Made by a program: the position numbers and the translations under genes. The notes beneath the pieces are model-generated. The model did no database searches. It was not told the origin of the DNA and worked only from the letters and a program-made list of their open reading frames with translations. This document shows, piece after piece, positions 50,301-61,781 of a DNA stretch of 64,000 nucleotides (positions are counted from its first letter, which is position 1; each line of letters begins with the position of its first letter). The DNA is from Chiloscyllium plagiosum. Its lineage: Eukaryota. The stretch is taken from positions 59,620,759-59,684,758 of the forward strand of contig NC_057719.1 of assembly GCF_004010195.1 (NCBI RefSeq), read 5' to 3'.

Positions 50301-53300
50301 TGGTTGCGATGAGGCGATGGTGAGTTACAGATTAGCTATGAAGGATTGAAAGAGAGAGTTAAGAAGGGCAAGGAGAGGACATGAGCTGTCTTTAGCAGGT
50401 AGAATAAAGGAGAACCCTAAAGCTTTCTATCGGTATGTGAGGACTAAAAGGATGACTAGGGTAAGAATAGGTCCAGTCAAAGTCAGAAATGGGAGGTTTT
50501 CTGTGGACCCTGTGGAGATTGGAGACGTGCTGAGTGAATATTTCTCATATGTTTTCACTCAGGAAAAGGAGAATATTGTAGAGGAGAAGAATGAGATACG
50601 GGATATTAAACTAGAAAAGATTCAGGTTAGTAAGGAGGAGGTGCTACCAATTCTAGAAGGAATGAAAGTAGACAACTCCCCTGGGCCCGATGGGATTTAT
50701 CCAAGAATTCTCTGGGAAGCTAGGAAGGAGATGTTGGAGCCTTTGGCCTTGATCTTTGAGTCGTCATTGTCTACAGGTTTAGTACCAGAGGACTGGAGGA
50801 TTGCAAATGTTGTGCCGTTGTTCAAGAAGGACAGTAGAGATGACCCAGGTAATTATAGATCAGTGTGCCTTGCGTCTGCTGTAGGAAAAGTTTTGGAAAG
50901 GATTATAAGATACAGGATTTATAATCATCTAGGAAGCAACAATTTGATTGCAGATAGTCAGCATGGTTTTGTCAAGGGCAGGTCATGTCTTACAAACCTC
51001 TGAGTTTTTTTGAGAAGGTGACCAAGCGTGTGGATGAGGGTAGGGCAGTTGACCTGGTTTACATGGACTTCAGTAAAGCCTTTGATAAGGTTCCACATGG
51101 TGGGCTGTTGGAGAAAATGCAGAGGCATGGGATTGAGGATGATTTAGCAGTTTGGATTAGAAGCTGGCTTTCTATAAGAAAGCAGCGAGTAGTGGTTGAT
51201 GGAAAACATTCAGCCTGAAGTCCGGTAACTAGTGGTGTACCACAAGGATCTGTTTTTGGGACCACTGCTGTTTGTCATTTTTTAAAATGACTTGGGCGCA
51301 GGCATAATTGGATGGGTTAGTAAGTTTGCAGATGACACTAAAGTTGGTGGAGTAGTGGACAATGTAGAAGAATATTGCAGGTTGCAGGGGGACTTGGATA
51401 AACTGCAGAATTGGGCTGTAAGGTGGCAAATCGAGTTCAATGCAGATAAATGTGAGGTGATTCACTTTGGGAAGAATAACAGGAAGGCAGAATACTGGGT
51501 CAATGGAAAGATTCTTGGTTGTGTTGATGTGCAGTGGGATCTTGGAGTCCATGTACGTAGATTCCAGAAAGTTGCCACCCAGGTTGATAGTGCTGTTAAG
51601 AAGGCATACGGTGTGTTAGGTTTTATGGGTAGAGGGATTGAGTTCCGGAGCCGTAAAGTCATGCTGCAACTATATGAAAAGCTAGTGCTGCCGCACTTGG
51701 AATATTGTGTACAGTCCTGTTTGCCCCATCACAGGAAGGATGTGGAAGCATTGGAAAAGGTGCAGAGGATATTTACCAGGATGTTGTCTGATCTGGAGGG
51801 AAGGTCTTATGAGGAAAAGCTGAGAGATTTGGGTCTGTTCTCATTGGAAAGAAGAAGGCTAAGAGGGAATTTGATAGAGACATACAAGATGATCAGTGGA
51901 TTAGATAGGGTAGAAAGTGAAAGACTTTTTCCTCAGATGATGACGTCAGCTTGTACAAAGGGGCATAGCTACAAGTTGAGAGGTGATAGATTTAAGACAG
52001 ATGTCAGAGGCAGGTTCTTTATGCAGCAAGTGGTAAGGGAATGGAATGCCCTCCCTGCCAATATTGCTAACTCAGCCACATTAGGGACATTTAAACAATC
52101 CTTGGATAAGGACATGGATGACGTTGAGATAGTGTAGGGGCATGGGCCTAGATTAGTTCACAGGTCTGCGCAACATCGAGGGCCGAAGGGCCTGTTCTGC
52201 GCTGTATTGTTCTATGTTCTAAGCCTGCAAATTCTGCCTTCTGCCATTTGCATTTAGTATGGCTGGCATTTTGGTTTGCACCCATTGGGGATGTTTTCCT
52301 CCATTGATATTCCCAAAGTTTTAAAAACCATTTTTAACCTCAATAAAAGGGTTAGATATCACTATTAATAATCATACTAGAATGATGGTTATTTAGGTAA
52401 GATATCAGATATTTCTAGATAGATGACTTCTGTCCATTTTAGGAGACAGTGTGTGCCTGGAGTATATGTCAGTTTTGGATTTATCATTGACTGTTGTGGC
52501 TGCAGTGGCAGATTTGCAAGTGACAGACTCTTTTTACAGCTGGCGCAGATGAACAATATTGGCCTGAGGTTCTCTGATTTTTTTTCTTCTCCCTTCAGGC
52601 AAGCTTGTTATTGGTTTCCTCTATTGTCTGGTCATTTCTTTTGCCCTCTGCTTTTTCCCCTTCCAGACTGTTTGTCTGCAGGCACTCTGCTCAATAGTGA
52701 GGATTTCCACGCATCAATTTGAGTCACAGTTAACTTGAGGTCTCTGGTTAATTTGATGCATCAAATGTGTTAGTGTAAAGGGTGGCACATAGTAATTTCT
52801 CTGCTTGTTACCTCTTGCCTTCAGCTCTTGCTTCTGGTTTGTGTATCAGTGTGTAAAACTATATAAACCTCTCCAGTTTATACATAGCCTCTTTTTCAGC
52901 AAACACTACATAGTGTTTCCCTGTGGCGATATAGATAAATTGTGTACTTTGTGGACCACTGCTACCTGCAAAGTATTCGGAGGAGAATTCCAGTTAACTA
53001 TGCGATACACATCAACAAAGAAAGAATGCTTAAAGTCGGAAAGGGTGAATAGAACCTTTCATAATGCTTGTTTTCCATTTACTTTTGGCTTAATGCAATA
53101 GCAGTTGCAGTGGATTCATTCAAAACTGAGTCATATGCTGAAGTTCAGTTTGATAATCTTGAATAAGTTTATGAACTTTGTTTATTCTAATTTAAAGTAG
53201 TTATTCATGCTGCCTGACTTTTGGGTATAGGATCTCCTTTATAGACGAGCACGGTCACTAGTGGATTATGAAAATGCAAACAAGCTACTGGATAGATCAA

Positions 53301-56300
53301 GAGCTAAAAACAAAGATGTGCTTCAAGCTGAGACCAACCAGCAGTTATGTTGTCAGAAATACGAGAAACTTTCAGAGTCAGCAAAACAAGGTAAATACAA
53401 TTATTATAACTTAGGATTACTATTTGTAACTAACATCGTCCTCCACACAAATGAGTATTTTGCTAGTGGCTGTAGAGATACTTTTCAGGAGATTTGGTTC
53501 TCAGTCTGCTTCTCTGGCCTTTCAATTGAGTAGCAACGCAAGGAAATAGAAATGATTAATGTGCCTATTTCTTTTTTGCAAGATGAATAAGGAAAATAGC
53601 TGTAAATGTTTCTTTGTAAATTAGAAGTAACTTCATAAAGTCTTGTCATTGCAGTGGGGGTCCCAACTAGAGGCAGAAAGGCTTAAGGGAAGCCTTATAA
53701 ATTCCTTGCTGCCTTCCACATGGATCAGACAGCTGATTAGTAGCTGTCAGGTATGAAAACAGAATTTGCTGCCAAGACTCAGCAGGTCTGGCAGCATCTG
53801 TGGGTAGACTTAATGTTTTGAACCCATTGACTTTCATCAGAAGTGATGTCAGCTAGGAAAAAGTTGCATTTATGCTGAAGATGGCTGGGAAGAGGGCCGG
53901 TACAATACAGCAAGCCAGCAATATATATTTTGCAGAGGAATGCAGTGGTGTACTAAAGGTAACTGGAAGCTCAGCAGGTATTCTGCAAAGCGGTCATGTA
54001 GTCTGATTCATTTCATTTATCCTGTAGCGAAGAGACCATACTCTGAATAGTGAATACAGTAGACTATGTTGAGTAAAGTACAAGTAAATCGCTGCTTCAC
54101 CTGGTGATGTTTCTGGGGCTTGGGAAGGAGGAGGGGAAAGGTAAATGGGCAGTTGCTACAACTTCTGTGATTGCATGGGAAGGTGCTGTGGGGGTGTTAG
54201 AAATGAAGGAGAAATGGATCAGGGTGTTCTGGAGGCAACAGTCCCTGAGGAATTCTGACAAACGAGAAGATGGGAATATGTATCTGAAGGTGGCATCCCA
54301 CTGGAGGTAATGGAAATGCCAGCTAATTATACTTTGGAGGCTGGTAGGATGGTAAATCAGGGTTAGGGAAGCCTTATCACTGTTGAGGGGGAAGAGAATG
54401 GGTGAGGGCTGAATTGCAAGAGATGGGTCAGGTATGGTTAATGATACTGTCAATCACAGTAGCGGGGAATCTTCGTTTGAGGTAAAAGATGGATGTTTCT
54501 GAGGCCCCCCTGCAACAGATGGCATTGTTAGAACAGATACAATGGAAAAATTGTGAAATGGAGACCTTACAGGAAGCAGGATAAGGATGTATATTGCAGA
54601 TAACTGTGGGATTTGGTGTGTTGGTGGCCGTCCTATCTGCAGATGTCAAGGAGGGGAAAGGAGGATTCAGAAATGTACCAGGTGAAGGTGGGAGCAAGGT
54701 GGAAACTGTAAGCAAAATTGATTTTTTTAAAAAATTCAGGACAAGATAGGGAAGCAGCACTGATGATATCATCAATATACAGAAAATGATTTGTGGGGAA
54801 GGGCCCAAATGGGACTGGAAGAAGGGATGTTCCATGATTGCCAAGCTGCTTTCTCTCCGGAGTAGCTGTTGATGCATCTTGTCCTTTTAAAAGAATATCC
54901 CCGTCTCAGCGAACTGCCAACCAATAGGACTGTTGTCAGCTCAGCGTCTGTGACATCACTGGAAGCAGTGGCCCAGTAACTGGGACTGCACCTCAAAGAG
55001 GAGGATGCTGTAGAAGCACAACAGCAAACAGGTAAATGAGGGCACCAGTTAGGGAGGATCAGGATGGTTGTTGGTGAGCACTGTTAGGAGTGACTACTGC
55101 TGCCCAAGGCACCATGCTATAGGTTACAATGCCTGAAAAGAAGACAGGCGCTTCCCAAACCTGCAGAGAGGTTCACCAAGTCGTCATCTTAGGCGATGGA
55201 GGCCCTAATTGCAAGTAAGATTCTGGATGGAAATGTTCATTGGCAATTTTAGTGGCTCATTTGGCCTGAAAGTGTGAAGACTATTCTCCTTCCACCCCCC
55301 CCCCAATCCCTCCACACTGTTAAAATGCATGACAACCAGAAGATGATGGACGTTCCACTTGCTGCATTCTTCCTACTCCTCTCCATTTTACAGCAACCCC
55401 TTTGCCTTCCAGCCGTCCACAGTAGATTGGTAAAATCCAGCAACAGTACCTTGGTCTAAATTTTCTGCTGACTAGATCATTGTTATGACACTGTAGGGGC
55501 TTGTGCCTGGGCATCTTCCAGAATCTTCACAGTAACGTAATCTGTGGAAAAAAAAAATGCCCAGGAAATTGAGTTTCCTGCTGGGAAACTCTCCAAAAAA
55601 TTCCATTTAAATTGGAGACTTTGGAGGATTCTGATGAAGTTAAGTGAGTAGTTAATTAGTAAAAGTTAAACTATTAAATACATAGTATAACTCCTGAGTA
55701 AGTGGACTAATCTTCTAATTAAATAGGAAATAAGAATATGAAAATACATTTGAACATCTATCATTTGTTGTCTTGATGTTTAAAGGTGTATCAACTTATT
55801 TAAAATTATGTATTTTGATAATTAAACTTTGTTTCTAGAGCTTATAGACTTTAAAACTCGGAGAGTTGCAGCTTTTCGAAAAAATCTTGTAGAATTGGCA
55901 GAACTGGAACTAAAGCATTCTAAGGTAATATCTTTTTACATGTTATATCCGTTTGAAATCTTTCCTGGCTTATAGCTTGCATTAATAGGCATTGATGTTT
56001 TAAGGTTTTTAAATTTGAAGAAAAGGAACAAAACTTCATGTTCCACTAAACCTACATTTGCTTTCATATCTCAGAACTTTTGGGTTGTTCAACCAATATA
56101 CTCTAAATTGTCCTGTGCTTGTTTCTAGATGCCACTTTTTCAACAATGCTGTGGATATTCCATCTGATGCTCTTTTTCCTTCTGGAAAATTTTTGTCTCT
56201 GACGTATTAATCAAAACTAAATAATAAGCTGCTGTAATAAGGCCCTTTAGTCTACACCTTTTGCTTGCTATATGACCTCACCTATAAATTATAAACCTCC

Positions 56301-58677
56301 TTTATTTAAAGAGCAAGCAGACAGTATCAGAAAAGGGAATGCAGTTGATGTCAACTTAGATGCTATGGCTGATTTCAGAATACATTAAAAATGCCACAAA
56401 TATACTTTGTAATGCATAGTCCAGGTTAGCTGCTTCAATTTGATTTGTCCAATCTACATGAAGGTAACAATCTACCAAGATTATTGTAATAACTTTCTTA
56501 CAAGTCCTCATTATTTCTTGATTGGTGTACAGTCTCTTTTTGCTATCAGGGGTCTATAAATTAGCCTACCTTGACAACTTCTCTTTGCTATTTCTAATCG
56601 CTGTCCAAACTGATTTTCCATTTGATTCTCCAAGTCAACGTCTTTTTCAACTACTGTATTGACATCATAGATTGCTAGTGTGATCCTACCTCCTTACATT
56701 TCTTCCTGTCTTTTCAAAATGTTAAATACTCTTAAATAAGTCACTTTGCAGCCATGCCTGTAATGGTTAAAATAATGCTCACTTATTTCTATAATAAAAC
56801 AAAAGAACTGCGATTGCTGAAGATCTGAAACAAAAACAGAAATTGCTGAGAAACTCAGCATGTCTGGCAGCATCTGTGGAGAGAAAGCAGAGTTAATGTT
56901 TTGAGTCCAGTGACCCTTCTTTGGAACACTTATTTCATTTTTTTTCATTTGTATTATCATTCCATTTTGTTATGGATACTGCACACATTCAGATAAAGAA
57001 CCCTTTCACTTTGTCTTTTTCCTTCCTGTTGTACACTTGTTGTTGTTACCTGTTTTACTACCCTGCAGTATTGCACATCACCTACTCTATCACCTTTACA
57101 GTGTTTTATTAAATATACTAGGTTCCCAGTTAAGAAATTTTACTCAATGATTTTCTTTAGTACGTATGGAGCTGAAATAGTTGAGCTATTAATTTAGTAC
57201 AATGCTTCTTTTCTATCACCATAGAACCATTTAAACTATTGTCTCAATTTAGAGAGGTAAAAGAAATGAACCTTCCTGATCAACTAGCTGCTAACCTAAT
57301 CAATGACTCTAGGCTTCATCCATCCAAAAGAGTGTCATATTGGACTTGAAATGTTTAGATGCTCACAGACCTGCTGAGTTTCTTCAAGACTTTGTTTTTA
57401 TTCCATCTGTCAGTCCGCGTTTTTTTTTGTAAAAGACCAGACAGCACAAACTCCTTTACTTACCAACATTCTAGAATTGAGTACTCTGCCTCACCATTTT
57501 TGCTTAACAAAACCTTATATTTGTGCAGTAACACTTTTCCATTACCCAGCTCAGCTAACTGCCTCTTCTCATTCCACTTACTTGCACTGGAATTTTTTTA
57601 TTCGTGAATCATTACTACTGGAGTCTTCCAATGATCAGACATTGACTCTCCCACTTATTATTGTCGACATGTTTTTCCCTTGTCAACATCACGTGAAGTC
57701 CCAATATCAGTTTTTCATGCTGTACCTCACCGTGAATTCTATTGATTTGTCAATTGCCTGTGTTGTCAGCCAGCTATTCCCAAATCTAGTACTGGTTAAA
57801 CAGAAATGTTCTCCAATTAAACATTGTGAATGTTAACATCACTGTATTTGACAAAAGCAAAAGACTGGAATTTTGAAATAAAATGGCAAGACAGGCAATA
57901 TTTGTGTGCAGAAACTTTGAGTTAACATTTCAAGTTGATCACCCTTTGATAGAAGTTGTTGAATTATTTGTAGTGATAGACAATAGTTAAAAGCTCTTTA
58001 CTAACTTGTAACGAAAGCAACAATTACTTTCAAACCTTGCATCTGTTATCTGTTATACCCCAAACACGTGGAGATGACAAATGAGCCAAGTCCTAACTCT
58101 CAAAAATAGTGTTTCAATTTTGTTGTAAGGATTGCCACTAATTAAAAAAGGTTTTCCTGAATAATGTAGCTCTGTGAATATTGCAATATTTGAAATGACA
58201 GAAGTTCTTGTATGGAACAGAAATTATTTTGTTGAAAGCAAGTGTTTTAACATTTTTCTGAGAATTAGGATCAGAGAGCTCTTTTTATATGTATGTATTT
58301 TAATTTTGTAAATATTGTTCTTATATATGCATGTTGGGGTGATAGTATTATGGGGAACTGGTTAACTGTTAAGTGTGATTCGAATACTTATTGACATGAA
58401 ATTTTAATCGTGCTTACACGTTTCTAGACATCTGTATGTATCTCATATCCTTGCTATCAAAAAACCTTAAATGTCTCAAGTATTTTCAGCTGCATAAACT
58501 GTACTTATGAACTTTGGTGCAATTGATCAAGTTTCAATTCAGAAAACATTGAGTTGAATCAGATGTGTTTTCTTTTCCTCAAAATCTTAGCAAAGTGATT
58601 GCATTTCTATTTTGTACCCACAGGGACACTTGCAGTTGCTGCAGAGCTGTCTTGTTGCACTTAAAGGTGACAACTAG
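8299..58677 (+). CDS. SNX6: Sorting nexin 6 (PX-BAR), full spliced CDS: join(8299..8304,8434..8481,13141..13245,16221..16331,24164..24285,24376..24499,30410..30505,33727..33832,34419..34494,43349..43388,47398..47484,53231..53390,55839..55924,58624..58677)
   Basis: Manual splicing gives 1221 nt and an uninterrupted 406-aa [21 protein letters not shown]...[22 protein letters not shown]...[22 protein letters not shown]...*. This matches vertebrate SNX6 as I recall it; the N-terminus fits SNX6 rather than SNX5 or SNX32. All introns are GT..AG. Confidence 0.95.
8434..8481 (+). CDS. SNX6: SNX6 exon 2 ([16 protein letters not shown]); alternative start 8431
   Basis: CAGCAG acceptor, donor GTAAGT, 48 nt. 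Confidence 0.93.
10685..10990 (+). mobile_element. CR1 3' fragment
   Basis: TRGRRFKVR...[14 protein letters not shown] and the same 3'UTR as 3450-3730. Confidence 0.85.
11224..11665 (+). mobile_element. Penelope-like element fragment (GIY-YIG endonuclease + 3' end with hammerhead core), spans assembly gap
   Basis: [53 protein letters not shown] at 11575-11598. Confidence 0.85.
11397..11483. other. Assembly gap (87 N)
   Basis: Run of n. Confidence 1.
13141..13245 (+). CDS. SNX6: SNX6 exon 3 ([11 protein letters not shown]...KFTVHTK)
   Basis: tttcag acceptor, GTAAAG donor, 105 nt, start of PX domain. Confidence 0.95.
13567..13878 (+). mobile_element. HE1-like V-SINE
   Basis: tRNA-like A box (TGGCTCAGTGG) and B box (GGTTCGATTC), V-domain (gtgtggagtttgcacattctccccgtgtct), CR1-like tail gaagggcctgtttc. 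Confidence 0.9.
14570..14930 (+). mobile_element. Old SINE with L2-like 3' tail
   Basis: Tail ggcaattagggatgggtgataaaatgct; internal match to 4615-4945. Confidence 0.6.
15395..16070 (-). mobile_element. CR1 ORF2 3' part
   Basis: Minus-strand peptides [33 protein letters not shown]. Confidence 0.85.
16221..16331 (+). CDS. SNX6: SNX6 exon 4 ([20 protein letters not shown]...YAGYV)
   Basis: ctgcag acceptor, GTGAGT donor, 111 nt. Confidence 0.95.
16790..18420 (-). mobile_element. Penelope-like element (RT + GIY-YIG), decayed
   Basis: [48 protein letters not shown]...[10 protein letters not shown]. Confidence 0.9.
18490..19065 (-). mobile_element. 3' end of a probable Tx1/L1-clade LINE
   Basis: Minus strand reads [32 protein letters not shown], then a UTR with AATAAA, a terminal hairpin and an A-rich end; family call from memory. 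Confidence 0.55.
19085..19600 (+). mobile_element. Penelope-like RT fragment, same family as 16790-18420 but inverted
   Basis: [11 protein letters not shown]...[15 protein letters not shown]...[11 protein letters not shown]. Confidence 0.9.
19601..21035. repeat. CpG-rich degenerate satellite (CAGGCGGGCGGACAGGTGCGCGCGCTCGGG-like)
   Basis: Tandem variable units of ~26-34 bp; responsible for many spurious ORFs. Confidence 0.95.
21036..21535 (+). mobile_element. Penelope-like 3' terminal region with hammerhead core
   Basis: CTGATGA-GGAA.../CTCC-GAAA-GCTA at 21414-21442; tail shared with 34680-34800 in inverted orientation. Confidence 0.75.
22408..22770 (-). mobile_element. HE1-like V-SINE with internal poly-C run
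   Basis: Reverse complement of the 13567 element; C run at ~22501-22524. Confidence 0.85.
24164..24285 (+). CDS. SNX6: SNX6 exon 5 ([13 protein letters not shown]...KQELE)
   Basis: caacag acceptor, GTGAGC donor, 122 nt. Confidence 0.95.
24376..24499 (+). CDS. SNX6: SNX6 exon 6 ([17 protein letters not shown]...YNQD)
   Basis: ttacag acceptor, GTCAGT donor, 124 nt. Confidence 0.95.
24808..25115 (-). mobile_element. HE1-like V-SINE
   Basis: Reverse complement of the 13567 element. Confidence 0.88.
25513..28830 (+). mobile_element. Penelope-like element: inverted 3' segment (25513-~26365) plus forward RT/EN copy (~26368-28830), 13-bp TSD
   Basis: [39 protein letters not shown] and [16 protein letters not shown] motifs; TTGTAGAATTATG at 25500-25512 and 28831-28843. 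Confidence 0.92.
29023..29805 (+). mobile_element. Penelope-like 3' fragment (GIY-YIG + hammerhead core) with 15-bp TSD
   Basis: [45 protein letters not shown] at 29008-29022 and 29806-29820. Confidence 0.88.
30410..30505 (+). CDS. SNX6: SNX6 exon 7 ([17 protein letters not shown]...GGVK)
   Basis: AAG acceptor after a T-rich tract, GTGTGT donor, 96 nt. Confidence 0.92.
31777..32676. mobile_element. Tc1/mariner (Tigger/pogo-like) MITE, interrupted by a solo LTR
   Basis: TA|CAGGAGAGCCTCGATTATCCGAAC ... GTTCAGGTAATCGAGGTTGTACTT|TA: imperfect 24-bp TIRs with TA TSD; internal CGGATAATCG repeats. Confidence 0.75.
31819..32456 (+). mobile_element. Solo LTR (638 bp), Gypsy-like
   Basis: TGT...ACA termini, 4-bp TSD GTAT (31815-31818 and 32457-32460), internal TATA-like and AATAAA motifs. 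Confidence 0.75.
33727..33832 (+). CDS. SNX6: SNX6 exon 8 ([16 protein letters not shown]...KSHK)
   Basis: ttttag acceptor, GTAAGT donor, 106 nt. Confidence 0.95.
34419..34494 (+). CDS. SNX6: SNX6 exon 9 ([24 protein letters not shown])
   Basis: tttcag acceptor, GTAAGA donor, 76 nt. Confidence 0.93.
34678..35016. mobile_element. Miniature fold-back Penelope-derived element
   Basis: Inverted arms ~34723-34860 and ~34875-35016; homologous to 21400-21535. Confidence 0.8.
35935..36110 (-). mobile_element. L2-like LINE 3' fragment
   Basis: tttattgcccatccctacttgccctt terminus; similar to 60480-60680. Confidence 0.6.
36150..40380 (+). mobile_element. Cluster of nested old CR1 fragments
   Basis: Repeated ORF2 peptides ([35 protein letters not shown]) and at least three 3' ends. 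Confidence 0.8.
37363..37660 (+). mobile_element. Young HE1-like V-SINE (CpGs retained)
   Basis: Close match to the 13567 element; tail gggccgaagggcctgtttccacactgtaatgtaatct. Confidence 0.9.
40998..41420 (-). mobile_element. CR1-like 3' fragment
   Basis: [32 protein letters not shown] on the minus strand. Confidence 0.75.
43349..43388 (+). CDS. SNX6: SNX6 exon 10 ([13 protein letters not shown])
   Basis: tttcag acceptor, GTATGT donor, 40 nt. Confidence 0.93.
43520..46450 (-). mobile_element. Highly decayed L2-like LINE with later insertions
   Basis: Long purine-rich stretch; reverse YADD-like remnant ggatgctgtcagtatat at ~45011. Confidence 0.45.
44211..44830. mobile_element. Fold-back Penelope-derived element with TSD
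   Basis: 44211-~44445 is the reverse complement of ~44525-44790; GAGTTTGCAAA at 44200-44210 and 44833-44843. Confidence 0.85.
47398..47484 (+). CDS. SNX6: SNX6 exon 11 ([29 protein letters not shown])
   Basis: ttacag acceptor, GTAAAT donor, 87 nt. Confidence 0.94.
47695..47868 (+). mobile_element. CR1 3' tail fragment
   Basis: Matches the 3'UTR of 1020-3735. Confidence 0.75.
48210..52221 (+). mobile_element. Near full-length CR1 LINE: ORF1 (Cys motifs + SGNH esterase) and ORF2 (APE + RT), inactivated
   Basis: [11 protein letters not shown] and VHVGTND (esterase); [17 protein letters not shown] (APE); [31 protein letters not shown] (RT); tail ttctatgttcta. Confidence 0.93.
53231..53390 (+). 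CDS. SNX6: SNX6 exon 12 ([18 protein letters not shown]...ESAKQ)
   Basis: gtatag acceptor, GTAAAT donor, 160 nt. Confidence 0.95.
53755..54860 (-). mobile_element. Old Penelope-like element remnants
   Basis: Minus strand [24 protein letters not shown]; terminal ctcagcaggtctggcagcatctgtgg motif also seen at ~12020, 15120, 56855, 57365 and 63020-63150. Confidence 0.65.
55839..55924 (+). CDS. SNX6: SNX6 exon 13 ([28 protein letters not shown])
   Basis: ttctag acceptor, GTAATA donor, 86 nt. Confidence 0.95.
58624..58677 (+). CDS. SNX6: SNX6 last coding exon ([17 protein letters not shown])
   Basis: ccacag acceptor, TAG stop at 58675-58677. Confidence 0.92.
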   Translation, partial: GHLQLLQSCLVALKGDN

Positions 58678-59211
58678 CTGCTTTATGATTGTTGGATTAA
58701 CAAGGGCTGTATGCACCAGGTCTAAAAGGAAAAAAAGCTTCTGTGGCTTCTTAAAGAAGAGGTACAGCTAGGAAGATTCATGTATTTCAGAAGGAAACAC
58801 CACCACTACATCTGACCAGAAAAGAGAAACTTCAGTGCAGAAAATCCAATTCTGTGATGCCATATAGCACGTCATTCGTATTTGTTTCTCCAGAAGCCAA
58901 AATATTTTCTCCAGTTGCTGTATTTTGGAGACTATTGTATATTTGGTTGCCAACTTAATTCATTTTTAAAATAATCATTGGCTGAATTACAATTTTTTAA
59001 AAGAAAATGTATCATTAGATGTACTCAATACTGTCACATAATGCATTGTTTGACATTTAGTGCTATTCCAACATCTTAATGTGGCATTTAGTTTTTTTTA
59101 TATTAATAACACTTGACTCCTCAACTAAGATTTATGTTATAAGTATAATTTCTAAATCAAATTTAAAGTGTAACTGCCTTAAACTTGTAGAATGATTCTT
59201 AACCATTGTAA

Positions 59212-59217
59212 AATAAA
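59212..59217 (+). terminator. Candidate polyadenylation signal AATAAA (further candidates at 59585 and ~60180-60310)
   Basis: First AATAAA I found after the stop codon, in an AT-rich repeat-free 3'UTR-like stretch with T-rich sequence downstream. Confidence 0.5.
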
Positions 59218-60459
59218 GTGTTAAATGAGAGGATGTTTTCATACTTTGCTTTATTAATTTACTTACTATCCATACAGGTAAACAGAGTAATGATTTCTTG
59301 TTACTCTATACTGATTATGCAACAATTCGTAAAAGAGAACTCAATCTGAGAAAGCCTGGTAGAATGATTTCAACTGAAAGATCAGCTTGTGCACTTTTCC
59401 ATAATGAAAATGATTTAATTTTAATTGTTATATAAATCTAGTTCTTCCATCAACCCCATCTTTGCATTTTCACTAAGATCTGCCGTTTGACAACTCAGTT
59501 AAGAGTGCAAACAGTTACTCATTCTCCCAAATGTGGTCTGCCAAACCAGAATCCTAAAGCTAAATTTCTAGTGCTAAAGTAGCTAATAAATAAATAATTT
59601 AATTTTACTGCAAAACTTTGGTCATTGTTTGCCACGTTGACTATAAGGTAATTCTAATTGTTCCCACTTTTTAAAGGAATGATGTACTTTAATTGGGAAT
59701 AATCGAAGAATGACTCCAAAAACCTGCCAAATGTACAGTTTTTAAAAATTTCTTCACATTAGGGATTTCAATTAGAATTTTTCACACTGGACTGTACTTA
59801 CGTGTATTTTAATGTGCCAATATATTTGTGGTTTCTATCACCATTTATTACCATAAACCTCTGCACTCTTCAGGGTTCAACAAAATTTCACAAGATATAA
59901 TTCAAATTTAGAAGTAACAAAAGCAATAGTTTGTTTGTATTGCTGGATATTTTTTACAATTCCGGTGGACATATTGAAGGCAACATGTGAAAATGTCTGA
60001 GTAAGCATCTAATAATGCTGTAATACTTAAGGGTGCACTGCCCAGACAGTGCTTTCTCTCTCTGCTTGCTTGCTAAAGTATTATAGCTAATAATTATAAA
60101 TGTTGAATACAGAATTGGAATAACTTCAGAATCATATTGAAGTTGGTTAAAGGTCATACAAAGGTCCATAAAGGGCAGAAATAAACAGTCAAACATTTAT
60201 AAATTACTATATCAGGGCCAATAGTCAAATTAAAATATTTTTAACCTGTTAACAATAAATATGGCAATTTGTGCACAGGTATTTTGTATAGTTTATTGTG
60301 CAGTGAGAAATAAAATTTTGAATTTTCCTTGGAAATTTAATTTTATTTAGTTCTATAATTCAGAACAATTGTTTAAAATTATTGGCTTCCCTTAATGGTT
60401 GCTTGCACCTTCTAAATATAATGTAGCAAAATGAATCCAAAAGCTTGTGCCTACATAGA

Positions 60460-60950
60460 ATGTGAGCTTTGAGGGCAAGGCCAATACTCATTGCCCATCG
60501 CTGAATACCCTTGAGAAGGTGGTAGTGTGCTATTTTCTTTATTGTGAACTGCAATAGTCCTTGCGATGAATGGACACTCTGAGTCCTTTCAAAATGTGAG
60601 TTCCAGATTTGTGGCCAAGCAACAGTGAACGAATGGTGATGTAGCTCCACTTCAGGATGGTATGTGGCTTGCAGGAGAACTTGCAGTTGGTGTTCCCAGG
60701 TATCTGTAACCCTTGATCTTGAGGTCCCAGGTTTTGGAAGGTGCTGTCCTGGAAACCTTGGTGAGTTACTACAGCGCATCATCTAGATTGTACAGATGAC
60801 CGGTACTGTTTATGTGGTGGAGGGAATGGGGTGAATGTTTCAAATGATGAAAGGAATATAAATCAAGGCTGCTTTGTCCTAAATGGTCTTGAGCTACTTG
60901 AGAGTATTATTGGAGCTGCAGTTGTAGACAAGTAGAAGTGTATTGCATCA
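60460..60950 (-). mobile_element. L2-like LINE 3' fragment
   Basis: HHHSFTVAWPQIWNS...HYHLLKG* on the minus strand and attgcccatc...cccttgagaaggtggt terminus. Confidence 0.7.
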
Positions 60951-61781
60951 CATAAGAATCACAGGAATTTGCAGCACAAAAAGAGCTATTGTTTTGACAT
61001 GAAGTCATCTAGCTTATCTCACTTTATCTCCTGGTCTCTAGCCTTGTATATAATGACACTTTGTGTATCCAATGTATTTTTTTGAAATGTTGAGTGTTTC
61101 TCAATGTTAAGTTAATGGGAATCATGAGAAAATGCTCCACTGTTTGGAGCTGTTTCTAGCATGAAGATTGTAGTTGTAGAAGGCTAATATTCTAACCCCA
61201 GGACATTGCTGCAGACATAGGTATTTTCCTAGTTAATCTGCACAGCTCTGGAGCACGTGGGACTTGAATCTGGGCCTTCTAGTTTAAAGATAGGAACACT
61301 TCCATTGCACCAAAAGAGCCCCTTGGCTTTCTGCAGAACTAGATATTTGTAATCAACCTATTCAGGAATGTTATTACAATCTCGAGCAGGTGGAACTTGA
61401 ACCCTGGCCTCCTGATCGATAGGTAGGGACACTACCACTGTATCACAAGAGCCCATTTGGTTTGCTGCTGAACTGTGTAGTCCTTTGTAGGTGATATAGT
61501 TTTCTTTGTTAGCCCACATAACAAAAATGAGAGAGATTTGGGTTCTTACTGAGTCAAGTATCTGGACGTTTATTAACAACTGACAACGTACACTGATTTG
61601 GCATCTCAGACATGCATATAGTCTTTGTTCCATCCTTAATTATATTACTATTCCATTATAGACAGTTATAATCAACCTGTTCAGATGTATTATGATACAC
61701 CTCTAGAGCAGGTTGTATGTAAACTAAGACCTCCTGGTTCAGAGGGGTAATATTACCACTGCACCACAAGAGTCCCAGAAA

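Noticed and set aside
8305..58623. U12-type introns in SNX6
   Set aside because: No donor matches RTATCCT; all look U2-type
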